Shown here piece by piece: positions 16,438 to 24,967 of a stretch of 51,468 nucleotides of DNA (position 1 is its first letter; every line of letters starts with the position of its first letter). Origin of the DNA: a bacterium (GTDB lineage: Bacteria; Patescibacteriota; Minisyncoccia; Minisyncoccales; RBG-13-42-11); contig JAUSLA010000015.1 of assembly GCA_030646565.1 (NCBI GenBank), forward strand, positions 1-51,468, given 5' to 3'. Made by a program: the position numbers and the translations under genes. A model generated the notes under the pieces. The model saw nothing but the letters and a program-made list of their open reading frames with translations. It was not told the origin of the DNA and did not search any database.

Positions 16438-18224
16438 TTATTTATTGCTCTGGCTCTATCTATTTTTGTCAGATATTGTTTTCGCAACCGGACGCTTTTT
16501 GGGGTAATTTCCAAGTATTCGTCATCGGTCATAACTTCAAGCCCTCGCTCAATCGTAAGTAAAAATGGAGGAGTAAGATCAATTGCTTCGTCTGAACTTT
16601 TGGAGCGCATATTAGTAAGCTGTTTGCCTTTTGTGGGATTCACATCCATATCGTTTCCTTTTGAGGTATTGCCTATGACCATACCAATATATACTTCTGT
16701 GCCCGGATCAATATAAAGCATGCCTCGCTCCTGGAGACCCCACAAGGAGTATCCAAGCGTCTTCCCGTTGGTCATAGAAATCATTGAACCAACTCTTCGC
16801 TTGCGGATCTCTCCCGCATACGGTTTAAATCCTAAGAAACGCGAAGAAAGAATGCCCTTGCCCTTCGTGTCAATTATAAACTGATTTCTGTAGCCCAAAA
16901 GCCCCCTTGTAGGCCCTTCCAATGTAAGCCGCACTATGTCGCCGCGCTGGGCAATATTGTTCAAAATACACGAGCGCGCGCCAAGCCGTTCAATAATCGC
17001 GCCTTGATATTCCTGCGGCGTATCAATAATGACCTCTTCAAATGGCTCGGAGACCTCGCCATCATTTTCCTTACGGAAAATGACCTGCGGATTGGAGACC
17101 TGTACTTCGTAACCAGCGCGTCTCATATTCTCAAGAAGAATCGCGATGTGCAGTTCGCCCCTGCCATACACCCTGAAAGTATCCGTTGATGTAAAATCAA
17201 CCCGCAAACCGACATTAACTTCCAACTCGCGTTTCAAATAATCCCGCAGTTCGCGGGACGTTACATGCGTCCCTTCTCGCCCCATAAATGGAGAGCTGTT
17301 CACTAAAAAGTTAAGGGTAATGGTTGGCTCATCAATCGCGATAGCTGGAAGCGGTTCTGCGTTCGCATCGGTTGTTACCGTTTCGCCAATATCAATATCC
17401 GGCAGTCCGGCAATAAGCGCGATATCGCCTGCGCTTGTTTCTTGGACATCTATTCTTTCCAATCCATTGAAAGTAAAAATTTTAGTAATTTTGCCGGAGC
17501 GGATTTCGCCATTCTGTTTTTTCACAAACACATTGTCTCCGGATTTAAGAATGCCTTCATACACGCGCCCCACCGCCATGCGTCCTAAAAAATTATCATA
17601 GGCAAGATTAAATGGCTGGAACCGCAAGGGTTTTAAGTCCAATAATTCTGACGAAGCGCAGGGAACATAAGAAAGAATCATATCCAGAAGCGGCGTAAGA
17701 TCTTTTGATTCATCTTCAAGTTTAAGCTTTGCAACGCCTTGGCGGCCGACAGCGTAGACAACCGGAAAATTTGCCTGGTTGTCGTCAGCTCCAAGTTCCA
17801 GGAAAAGCTCGAGCACTTGTTCTTCCGCTTTTTTAGGATCTGCGGCTGTTTTATCTATTTTATTTATTATTACTATGGGTTTTAATCCAAATTCCAGGGA
17901 TTTTTTTAAAACGAAGCGGGTTTGCGGCATAGGGCCTTCTTGCGCGTCCACAACTAAAAGCACGGAGTCAATTGAACGCAAAACTCTTTCCACTTCCGAG
18001 CCGAAATCTGCATGGCCGGGAGTGTCCACTATATTTATCTTCGTACCGCGAAAAGAAATAGCCGCATTTTTTGAATAAATGGTAATGCCGCGTTCAAGTT
18101 CCAGCGCGTTTGAATCCATTGAAACCCCTTCTTTAAAAGCTCCGGTTTGGCGCAACAAAGCATCGGTCAAAGTTGTTTTGCCGTGATCAACATGAGCAAT
18201 GATAGCGATGTTTCTTATTTCCAT
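16434..18224 (-). CDS. typA: Translational GTPase TypA/BipA
   Basis: The protein has IAIIAHVDHGKTTL, DTPGHADF and NKID. I placed the start at ATG 18224 (MEIRN). The track start at 18236 lies inside the loop of a repeat hairpin. Confidence 0.9.
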   Translation of the reverse strand: MEIRNIAIIAHVDHGKTTLTDALLRQTGAFKEGVSMDSNALELERGITIYSKNAAISFRGTKINIVDTPGHADFGSEVERVLRSIDSVLLVVDAQEGPMPQTRFVLKKSLEFGLKPIVIINKIDKTAADPKKAEEQVLELFLELGADDNQANFPVVYAVGRQGVAKLKLEDESKDLTPLLDMILSYVPCASSELLDLKPLRFQPFNLAYDNFLGRMAVGRVYEGILKSGDNVFVKKQNGEIRSGKITKIFTFNGLERIDVQETSAGDIALIAGLPDIDIGETVTTDANAEPLPAIAIDEPTITLNFLVNSSPFMGREGTHVTSRELRDYLKRELEVNVGLRVDFTSTDTFRVYGRGELHIAILLENMRRAGYEVQVSNPQVIFRKENDGEVSEPFEEVIIDTPQEYQGAIIERLGARSCILNNIAQRGDIVRLTLEGPTRGLLGYRNQFIIDTKGKGILSSRFLGFKPYAGEIRKRRVGSMISMTNGKTLGYSLWGLQERGMLYIDPGTEVYIGMVIGNTSKGNDMDVNPTKGKQLTNMRSKSSDEAIDLTPPFLLTIERGLEVMTDDEYLEITPKSVRLRKQYLTKIDRARAINK

Positions 18225-18225
18225 A

Positions 18226-18285
18226 GCGAGTCCCATTTATGGGACGAAGCTGAAGAAGAGGACGCAGTCCTCTTCGCCTACCGAG
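18226..18285 (+). repeat. Family A element
   Basis: The sequence is GCGAGTCCCATTTATGGGACGAAGCTGAAGAAGAGGACGCAGTCCTCTTCGCCTACCGAG. Confidence 0.85.
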
Positions 18286-18301
18286 TTTTTATGTAATAAA
18301 A

Positions 18302-18350
18302 ACGAAGGTTAAAGGGAAGATGAAGCAACAGCTTCATCGCCCGCCTACCG
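18302..18350 (+). repeat. Family A half-element
   Basis: The sequence is ACGAAGGTTAAAGGGAAGATGAAGCAACAGCTTCATCGCCCGCCTACCG. Confidence 0.65.
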
Positions 18351-18364
18351 ATTCGCCTCTCTTT

Positions 18365-19585
18365 CTACCCTTCAACAAACGTAATCGCTATGCCTCTTTT
18401 ATTCCAACGGCCGGTACGCCCGATGCGGTGGATGTAGTCATCGTAAGTTGCCGGTATATCATAGTTGATGACGTGGCTTACATCGGCAATATCAAGGCCT
18501 CTGGCCGCAACATCAGTTGCAACCAAAACCTGGACGCGATTATCCTTAAACATGCCGAGCGCTTTTTGGCGTTGCGGATGGCTCTTGTTTCCATGTATGG
18601 ATTCCACCTTAAAACCTTTGCCGGCAAGCATTCTTGAAAGTTTTTCCACTCCGTATTTCGTGCGTCCGAAGATGAGCACCTTATTAAATTCTGCCTGATT
18701 TAAAAGATTATTAAGAATATCTAATTTTGTTTTGCCCTGCTCTATTCTAATAATATCCTGTTCAACATTTTTTGAAGTGTCTCTGGTCTTTACCGAAATC
18801 CTTATCGGATTCTTAGTAAATTCTTTGATAACCCTTTCTATATCGTTTGAAAGAGTTGCCGAGAAAAAAAGCGTCTGGTGTTCTTTTGACATTTCATTCA
18901 TTAAAAAGCGCGTGTCATTGATAAATCCCATATCAAGCATTCTGTCCGCCTCGTCCAGCACAACAGTGGTAAACCTGGACAGGTTAATCATTCTTCTTTC
19001 CATCAAATCTTTTAGGCGTCCGGGCGTGCCAATAATTAAGCTGTAATTATAGCGAAGTTCTGAAATCTGCCTGCCAATACTCATGCCCCCAACGCAACAA
19101 ACAGAAAAGACTCTCATTCCTTTAGCAAAAAATTTAAGATCCTGGTCGATTTGAATTGCGAGTTCGCGAGTCGGAGCAACAATTAAAATTTGTTCTCTTG
19201 GATTTTGCAGAATTTTATTAATGAGAGGTAAAAGAAAAGCGGCTGTCTTTCCCGTGCCGGTATCAGCAATACCTACGACGTCAAAACCTGCAATAATGTG
19301 CGGGATAATTTGGTCTTGAATAGGCGTTGGCGCATTGTAACCCTTAGCCATAACAGTTCTTATTAGCCGCTGGTCAATTTTAAAATCCTGAAACTTATGT
19401 TTAGATATGAAATTTTCATCTCTTTCAGCGGTAAGCGCTTTGTTAACAAACCTTTTGGGATCTATTCTTTCCCCGGGCCGGCCTCCCGGCCTTCTGCGGC
19501 CAAAACCTAAAGAACCCGCACTCTTTTGGTGGGATTGAAAAAGATATTTTTTCGGTCTTCTATTACTAAAACTTCTTGTATACAT
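18365..19585 (-). CDS. DEAD-box ATP-dependent RNA helicase
   Basis: The protein has ADTGTGKTAAF, PTRELA, VLDEADRMLDMGF, SAT and HRIGRTGR, with a basic N-terminal tail. Confidence 0.85.
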   Translation of the reverse strand: MYTRSFSNRRPKKYLFQSHQKSAGSLGFGRRRPGGRPGERIDPKRFVNKALTAERDENFISKHKFQDFKIDQRLIRTVMAKGYNAPTPIQDQIIPHIIAGFDVVGIADTGTGKTAAFLLPLINKILQNPREQILIVAPTRELAIQIDQDLKFFAKGMRVFSVCCVGGMSIGRQISELRYNYSLIIGTPGRLKDLMERRMINLSRFTTVVLDEADRMLDMGFINDTRFLMNEMSKEHQTLFFSATLSNDIERVIKEFTKNPIRISVKTRDTSKNVEQDIIRIEQGKTKLDILNNLLNQAEFNKVLIFGRTKYGVEKLSRMLAGKGFKVESIHGNKSHPQRQKALGMFKDNRVQVLVATDVAARGLDIADVSHVINYDIPATYDDYIHRIGRTGRWNKRGIAITFVEG

Positions 19586-19610
19586 AATTTTTTCGTAACT
19601 TCCGGCTTTT

Positions 19611-19682
19611 GTCGATGAAGTTTGCCTCCTTCGGAGTTTACCTTCATCTTCACCTTCACTTCTGCTTTCGCAGAAGCTCGGT
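19611..19682 (-). repeat. Family A element (reverse orientation)
   Basis: The sequence is GTCGATGAAGTTTGCCTCCTTCGGAGTTTACCTTCATCTTCACCTTCACTTCTGCTTTCGCAGAAGCTCGGT. Confidence 0.8.
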
Positions 19683-19745
19683 AAATAAAAAAGACCGGTT
19701 GGTCTCGTAGATTTTTTAATAGGGCTTTTATGCCTTAAATTTTTT

Positions 19746-19791
19746 AGTCGAAGAACATTTGTTCTTCTCCACCCTTCGCTGCGACTCGGGT
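19746..19791 (-). repeat. Family A element (short hairpin 1 variant)
   Basis: The sequence is AGTCGAAGAACATTTGTTCTTCTCCACCCTTCGCTGCGACTCGGGT. Confidence 0.75.
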
Positions 19792-19872
19792 ATGATAATA
19801 TTCTCTAAAAAATAAAAACTATGAGATTTGACTACAGTGATAGTATATATTAAAACCAATCTTTTGTCAATA

Positions 19873-19970
19873 ACCGAGTCCCGCTTCGCGAAGAATAATT
19901 GTTCTTCTTTACCCTTCGCTTCGCTCGGGTGCGGGATGAATGAAGAAGAAAACGCAGCTTTCTTCGCCGT
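19873..19970. repeat. Composite family A tract
   Basis: The tract reads ACCGAGTCCCGCTTCGCGAAGAATAATTGTTCTTCTTTACCCTTCGCTTCGCTCGGGTGCGGGATGAATGAAGAAGAAAACGCAGCTTTCTTCGCCGT. Confidence 0.7.
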
Positions 19971-20496
19971 AAAAAATAATACATTTCGCATTTTAAAAGG
20001 AGCTGAAACGAATATCTTAAACGATGGTAAGATAGACATTAAAGACGAGGCCTTGAAAAAACTGGATTATGTTATCGCCGGCATTCATTCTTCTTTAAAA
20101 ATGGAAAAATCCAAAATGACGGAAAGAATTATTCGGGCAATGAAAAATCCAAACGTTGATATTATTTCCCATCCGACAGGCCGAATCTTGAAAGCAAGGG
20201 ATGAATATCAAATTGACTTTGACAAGATTTTAAGAGCGGCTAAAGAATACAACGTTATTTTGGAAATAAACGCTTTTCCTGCTAGATTAGATCTTAACGA
20301 CCAGAATATCAGGAGGGCGAAATCAGCTGGAGTAAAAATGGCAATCAATACAGACGCTCATAAAAAAGACCAATTGAGATTTATTGAATTTGGAATAGCT
20401 CAAGCCAGGCGGGGTTGGGCGGAAAAAGAAGACATTATCAATACCCAGCCATTAGAAAAATTATTAGCTGAGTTCCGCTTTGCGGAACGAAAGTGA
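19936..20496 (+). pseudogene. PHP-domain (PolX / histidinol-phosphatase-like) C-terminal fragment
   Basis: The ORF has GAETNIL, VIAGIHSS, IISHPTGR, ILEINA and AINTDAH, but the N-terminal HxH metal motif of the PHP fold is absent. Family A repeats occupy the upstream sequence, and a repeat also supplies the stop codon. Confidence 0.55.
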
Positions 20497-20522
20497 AGAT
20501 GAGGACGCAGTCCTCACCGCCT
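20467..20522 (+). repeat. Family A element overlapping the 3' end of the PHP fragment
   Basis: The sequence is GCTGAGTTCCGCTTTGCGGAACGAAAGTGAAGATGAGGACGCAGTCCTCACCGCCT. The TGA at 20494-20496 lies in the inter-hairpin linker. Confidence 0.85.
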
Positions 20523-20526
20523 AAAT

Positions 20527-21030
20527 ATGCCAATAGAAAAATCAGCCGGAGCAGTAATTTTTAGAAGGGAATCCTTCACCGCGGCTCAAGCCGTTCGAGG
20601 CTCTGAGGAGTCCTCAGGCTCTCGAAGAGGTAAAAAAACAGAGTTTTTTTACCTTCTTTTGCATTATCCCAGCGAAAAGAGAGCGAAAAAAGAATATTGG
20701 GGTTTACCCAAGGGGCACATTGAAAAAGGGGAAACAATTGAACAAGCCGCTAAAAGGGAAACTAAAGAAGAAACTGGATTGATAGATATTAATTTTGAGC
20801 CAGGATTTCAAGAGGAAGAAAAGTATTTTTTTATGAAAGAAGGCAAGAGAATTTTTAAAACAGTCACTTTTTTATTGGGAGCGGCAAAAACAAAAGAAAT
20901 TACGCTTTCTTTTGAACATATCGGCTTTTTATGGCTGTCTTACGGAGAGGCCTTGGATAAGCTTACTTTTAAAAATGCCAAAGAAATTCTTCGAAAAGCA
21001 AATGACTTCCTTTCAAGAAAGAGTGTATAG
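20527..21030 (+). CDS. NUDIX hydrolase
   Basis: The Nudix box is GLPKGHIEKGETIEQAAKRETKEETGL. An extra ~20 aa (SFTAAQAVRGSEESSGSRRGKKT), encoded by an imperfect palindrome at ~20575-20632, sits near the N-terminus. Confidence 0.8.
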   Translation: MPIEKSAGAVIFRRESFTAAQAVRGSEESSGSRRGKKTEFFYLLLHYPSEKRAKKEYWGLPKGHIEKGETIEQAAKRETKEETGLIDINFEPGFQEEEKYFFMKEGKRIFKTVTFLLGAAKTKEITLSFEHIGFLWLSYGEALDKLTFKNAKEILRKANDFLSRKSV

Positions 21031-21252
21031 AGTTGTAAAAAAATCCCAATGGAACAAAAAGAAAAACCTCTTTACTAAAAAGAGAAGGAGTGCTAATAAA
21101 AAATGGGAGGTCTATTTTGTAAGTTCTTATAAGAACTTACAAACGACCCGATCAAATTTCTACAAAGAAATTTGATTTGGGGATTGTTCTTTGACAATTG
21201 ACAACCTGGGAGAAAAAGCAAAAAAGATAAACTTCAAGAAAGGAGAGAAAAA

Positions 21253-22659
21253 ATGTGTGGGATATTCGGGATAGTCAGCAATACAGATGTGGTCTCGAAA
21301 GTTTCCCTTGGTCTTTACGATCTTCAGCATCGGGGAGAGCAAGCCGTTGGGGTAGTTACTTCTGACGGTCAAAGATTACAACATTATAAAAGAGAAGGTT
21401 TGGTTATCGAAGCCTTTGGCGAGGAAAACCGGGAAGAAATTTTCCGGGAACTTTTGGGCAGATTTGGAATAGGTCACACTCTTTATTCTACAATAGGAAG
21501 GGGAGGAGAAAAGAAACAACCAAAAACTTTCCAGCCCTTAATTGGCAATTTTCATGGTCAGCCTTTTGCAATTGGACATAATGGCAATCTAATAGATATT
21601 GAGGAATTAAGGAAAGAAGCTGAAGGGAAAGGATATCAATTTCAGTCGAAGGTTTCTGATACCGAGATAATCGTGGCCCTTCTATCAACTTCCTCTGAAA
21701 AAGATTTTCTTGAAGCATTGATAAAGACTCTTCGCAGGCTGAAGGGATCATTTGCTTTAACTATTTTGTTTAAAGATAAAGTGTTTGGGGTGAGAAGTAA
21801 GTACGGTGTTAGGCCTCTTTGCCTTGGTCGAGACGAATCGAGTTTCATTTTGGCCTCGGAAAGTTGCGCTTTCTATACATTGGGGGCCAGTTTTGTCAGA
21901 GAAATCCAGCCGGGAGAAATAATAATTTTAGGAAAAAACGGAATCGAGAACTCTTTTATCTGGGCAGAAAATCCTCAGCTTCGACTCTGCGTATTTGAAT
22001 ATATCTACTTTGCCAGGCCAGACAGCAAGCTTGCTAATCAAAGTGTTTACTCCTACCGAGAAAATGCCGGCCGGGAAGTAGCTGCCGAGCATCCGGTTAG
22101 GGCAGATATGGTTTGTTCGGTACCAGAATCCGGCGAGATTTATAATTACAGCATTGCTCAAGCTCTTGGAATTCCGGTTCGGAAAGCTATTTTCCGAAGT
22201 CGCTATTTCACAACCAAAATCTTTTTGACTTCTCGGGATACTGACCGACGAGCCCTGGTGAGAAAAAAACTTCATGTCCTAAGAGAGGTTGTCCACGGTA
22301 AGAGGGTGGTAATCAGCGAGGATTCTATCGTCCGGGCTGATACTTCACCGGTAATAGTAGCTATGCTCAGGGAGGCAGGAGCAAGTGAAGTCCATTTAAG
22401 GGTGGGTTCTCCTCCTCTCCGCTGGCCTTGCTTTTTAGGGATTGATATGGCTACTAGAGTAGAGCTAGCGGCAGCAGATTTAACCGTAGAGGAAATAGGA
22501 AGGAAGATTATCCGGACAGATTCCCTTGGTTATCTTAGTCTTGATGGAATGATAACAGCTTCTGGCTTACCAAGAAAAAATCTTTGTTTAGGGTGTTTTA
22601 CTGGAGAATATCCAATTGAACCGCCCGAGAACTGGAACTCAAAACCGCCTTCTTGCTGA
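21253..22659 (+). CDS. purF: Amidophosphoribosyltransferase-like class II glutamine amidotransferase (divergent PurF)
   Basis: The N-terminal nucleophile MCGIFGI is present, as are HNGNLID and SDTEII. The PRTase region reads VVISEDSIVRADTS instead of the usual DDSIVRGTT. Confidence 0.7.
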   Translation: MCGIFGIVSNTDVVSKVSLGLYDLQHRGEQAVGVVTSDGQRLQHYKREGLVIEAFGEENREEIFRELLGRFGIGHTLYSTIGRGGEKKQPKTFQPLIGNFHGQPFAIGHNGNLIDIEELRKEAEGKGYQFQSKVSDTEIIVALLSTSSEKDFLEALIKTLRRLKGSFALTILFKDKVFGVRSKYGVRPLCLGRDESSFILASESCAFYTLGASFVREIQPGEIIILGKNGIENSFIWAENPQLRLCVFEYIYFARPDSKLANQSVYSYRENAGREVAAEHPVRADMVCSVPESGEIYNYSIAQALGIPVRKAIFRSRYFTTKIFLTSRDTDRRALVRKKLHVLREVVHGKRVVISEDSIVRADTSPVIVAMLREAGASEVHLRVGSPPLRWPCFLGIDMATRVELAAADLTVEEIGRKIIRTDSLGYLSLDGMITASGLPRKNLCLGCFTGEYPIEPPENWNSKPPSC

Positions 22660-22673
22660 GGCGGTTCTTTTTT
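22643..22673 (+). terminator. Rho-independent terminator overlapping the purF stop
   Basis: The sequence is AACCGCCT-TCTTGCTG-AGGCGGTT followed by CTTTTTT. Confidence 0.7.
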
Positions 22674-22700
22674 GGATTAATAGAATATCAGAAGATAAAA

Positions 22701-23048
22701 TTATCCGTTTACCTTCTCTATTATTTTTGTGAAAATTTGCGGATTGTTTTGAGCCAAATTTGAGAGAATTTTTCTGTCCAAGGCGATATTTTTTTGCTTT
22801 AATCCGTAAATAAATTTGCTATAAGAAATTCCCTGCTCTCGGCAGGCAGCGTTAATTTTGATTTGCCAAAGCGCTCTTTTTTCTCTTTTTTTAACTCTTC
22901 TGTCGCGATAAGCGTATTTCCAAGCATGGTAGAGCGCGTCTTTTGCCAATTTATATTTTGCTTTTCTTCCCCAACGAAAACCCTTGGCATATTTTAGCAG
23001 ATGCTTTCTTTTTTTGTGGGCAATTTTTCCTCTTTTTACTCTCGCCAT
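22701..23048 (-). CDS. rplT: 50S ribosomal protein L20
   Basis: The protein starts MARVKRG and includes KGFRWGRK and YAYRDRR. Confidence 0.95.
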   Translation of the reverse strand: MARVKRGKIAHKKRKHLLKYAKGFRWGRKAKYKLAKDALYHAWKYAYRDRRVKKREKRALWQIKINAACREQGISYSKFIYGLKQKNIALDRKILSNLAQNNPQIFTKIIEKVNG

Positions 23049-23058
23049 GGTTAGCTTA

Positions 23059-23247
23059 TTAGCTTTTTAGCAATTGTTTTATTTTTTTAGCTTCGTTTTT
23101 TGAAACTTCAATTAATTTCCGCCTTTTTCTTATTTTCTTTCCCGATTTTTTTGCCAGAAAATGGTCAAGACCGGTAGATCTTCTTAATATCTTGCCGGTT
23201 TTAGTGAATTTGAAGCGTTTTAAGATTGATTTTCGTATTTTCCCCAT
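23059..23247 (-). CDS. rpmI: 50S ribosomal protein L35
   Basis: This is a 62-aa basic protein containing KRFKFTKTGKILRR, located between infC and rplT. Confidence 0.9.
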   Translation of the reverse strand: MGKIRKSILKRFKFTKTGKILRRSTGLDHFLAKKSGKKIRKRRKLIEVSKNEAKKIKQLLKS

Positions 23248-23249
23248 AA

Positions 23250-23306
23250 ATCGAGTCCTGCTTTGCGGGACGAAGATGAAGATGAGGACGAAGTCCTCAT
23301 CGCCTA
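23250..23306 (+). repeat. Family A element filling the infC-rpmI spacer
   Basis: The sequence is ATCGAGTCCTGCTTTGCGGGACGAAGATGAAGATGAGGACGAAGTCCTCATCGCCTA. It occupies essentially the entire 59-nt intercistronic gap. Confidence 0.85.
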
Positions 23307-23816
23307 TTAACCTTTTGCGATAACGATTGTCAATCCTCTTGGCTCTCTTTTCAATTCCCGTTCAATTTTTATCGGGATAAATCCATCTATAATATTCAAG
23401 AATTTATTCATTTTCTCCCTGGCAAGATTCTGAAAGGCCTTTTCCCGGCCCCTAAGGCGCAGTTCAACAAAAATCCTATCCCCTTTTTTCAAAAATTTTT
23501 CCGCCTGGCGAGCCCTTACTTCCAAGTCATGAATAGAGATATTATAGCTCAATCTTATTCCTTTCGTTTCTCCCCCCACGTGTTTTTTGGCCTCTTTTTC
23601 TCTTTTCTCTTCCTGATAAAGATATTTGCCAAAATCTCCCAATTTACATACGGGCGGATCCACTTTTTCGGTAACCTGTATTAAGTCCAAATTGCGCTCC
23701 TGGGCCATTCGCCCGGCTTCCTCAAAACTAACAATGCCCAGTTGTTTTCCAGTTTCGTCAATTAATCTCACTTGAGCAGCTCTTATTTGGTTGTTGACTA
23801 ATATTCTTTTGTTCAA
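23307..23816 (-). CDS. infC: Translation initiation factor IF-3
   Basis: The protein has INNQIRAAQVRLIDETGKQLG and DLIQV...DPPVCKL. The start codon is non-ATG (TTG), which fits the known unusual starts of infC. Confidence 0.9.
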   Translation of the reverse strand: MNKRILVNNQIRAAQVRLIDETGKQLGIVSFEEAGRMAQERNLDLIQVTEKVDPPVCKLGDFGKYLYQEEKREKEAKKHVGGETKGIRLSYNISIHDLEVRARQAEKFLKKGDRIFVELRLRGREKAFQNLAREKMNKFLNIIDGFIPIKIERELKREPRGLTIVIAKG

Positions 23817-23828
23817 GATTTTCGATTG

Positions 23829-24179
23829 TGGAGATGGCGGGATTTGGACCCGCGTCTGAAGAGTTTGGCTAAAATAATTCTACAAGCTTAGTTTGGTTTA
23901 ATAAAAAACATAGAATTAAAACCAGACAAAACTTCTATATCTTTAATCCATCCATTTTCAGCGGTTTTTCTGGATTAAGAAAAGCCGCTTATCTCGCTGA
24001 TTTTTGACACTCATTTCCGCATAGCGAGAATCATCGGAACTGAATGGTCCAGCTACTTAAGCGTAAGCTAGGACGGGTTGTTTGAATAAGTTGGCACTTA
24101 TCCGATTGTTAGTTTTTACAAGAGCTAACAACTTGGCTTGCGTATTTCAGTTCATTCTTCATCGAAGCCATTCATCCCC
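23829..24179 (-). ncRNA. ssrA: tmRNA (SsrA)
   Basis: On the minus strand the 5' end GGGGATGAATGGCTTCGA pairs with the 3' end CATCTCC-A, giving the G3:U Ala-identity pair. The T-arm is GCGGG-TCCAAAT-CCCGC. The tag frame after GTAAAAACT...GGATAAGT reads GCC AAC TTA TTC AAA CAA CCC GTC CTA GCT TAC GCT TAA (ANLFKQPVLAYA). The gene lies next to smpB. Confidence 0.85.
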
Positions 24180-24244
24180 TCTATACAAAGATTTCAAAAA
24201 AATCTTTGTCGAGCCCGACCCCGTTACGAGCGGGGTATAGGGCA

Positions 24245-24691
24245 TTATCTCATTTTTAGCTCTTTTGCAATTTCCCTCTTGGTTTCCCGTTTTTTTATTG
24301 CCTCTCTCTTGTCAGCTGTCTTCTTTCCCTTTGCCAGTCCGAATTCCAGTTTTATTCTTCTTTTTACATTATATACCCTTAGCGGCGTCAAAGTCAACCC
24401 TTTTTGTTTTGTTTTGCCGATTAGGTATTTTATTTCCGCTTTTTTCAAAAGCAGCTTCTTTGGCCTTTCTTCTTCATAGTCCTCGGGCGCGTTTTTAGGC
24501 TGATAGGCCGGGACTTTCGCCCCGACCCAGAAAGCTTCCTCTCCTCTTAAAATAACATAAGATCCGGCTAAATTCACTTTGCCCGCTTTTATTGATTTTA
24601 CTTCCTGGCCGAGCAGAGAAATCCCTGCCTCAAACTTTTCCAGGATTTCATAATTGAAATAAGCCTTTTTATTCTCAGCAAATATTTTCAC
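24245..24691 (-). CDS. smpB: SsrA-binding protein SmpB
   Basis: The protein has NKKAYFNYEILEKFEAGISLLGQEVKS and a basic C-terminal tail. The start codon is GTG. Confidence 0.9.
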   Translation of the reverse strand: MKIFAENKKAYFNYEILEKFEAGISLLGQEVKSIKAGKVNLAGSYVILRGEEAFWVGAKVPAYQPKNAPEDYEEERPKKLLLKKAEIKYLIGKTKQKGLTLTPLRVYNVKRRIKLEFGLAKGKKTADKREAIKKRETKREIAKELKMR

Positions 24692-24821
24692 CCCGTAGAA
24701 GTCTGTTATTATATAGCCTACAGCTAATTTTAGACAGACCTTTGTCTTTTTAATTCTATCCCGTTATTACAGAGCAGAAAAAATTTTTTATAATTTTTTC
24801 TGCCAAAGACCTCTAACGGGG
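24691..24821. repeat. Family B-like inverted-repeat unit (long form)
   Basis: The ends are CCCCGTAGAAGTC (24691-24703) and GACCTCTAACGGGG (24808-24821). Internally there is a 12-bp palindrome, GCAGAAAAAATT/AATTTTTTCTGC. Confidence 0.5.
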
Positions 24822-24856
24822 TTCATCTCTTTTATTTTAGCAAAAAATGATATAAA

Positions 24857-24955
24857 CCCCGTTAGAAGTCATCATTTTTTGCTAAATTCATTTTACCTCT
24901 TTATTCTATCTTAAACTGATTATTTTTCAATCTTGATTTTGAATTTCTAACGGGG
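24857..24955. repeat. Family B-like inverted-repeat unit (long form)
   Basis: The ends are CCCCGTTAGAAGTC (24857-24870) and GAATTTCTAACGGGG (24941-24955). The left end is nested in a perfect 16-bp inverted repeat, TTTAGCAAAAAATGAT/ATCATTTTTTGCTAAA. Confidence 0.5.
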
Positions 24956-24967
24956 TAAACTTAAACT

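Noticed and set aside
21118-21177. Two hairpins upstream of purF (TGTAAGTTCTTATAAGAACTTACA and CAAATTTCT-ACAA-AGAAATTTG) could be a purine riboswitch.
   Set aside because: The sequence does not resemble the purine riboswitch three-way junction core as I remember it. The first hairpin is more simply a terminator-like structure after the NUDIX gene, although it lacks a T-run.
24692-24967. I considered a T-box leader upstream of argS, and similarly upstream of ileS, metG and leuS.
   Set aside because: I could not find the conserved T-box sequence, a specifier-loop context or an AGAGA-type motif. The structures present are the palindromic repeat units described in the findings.
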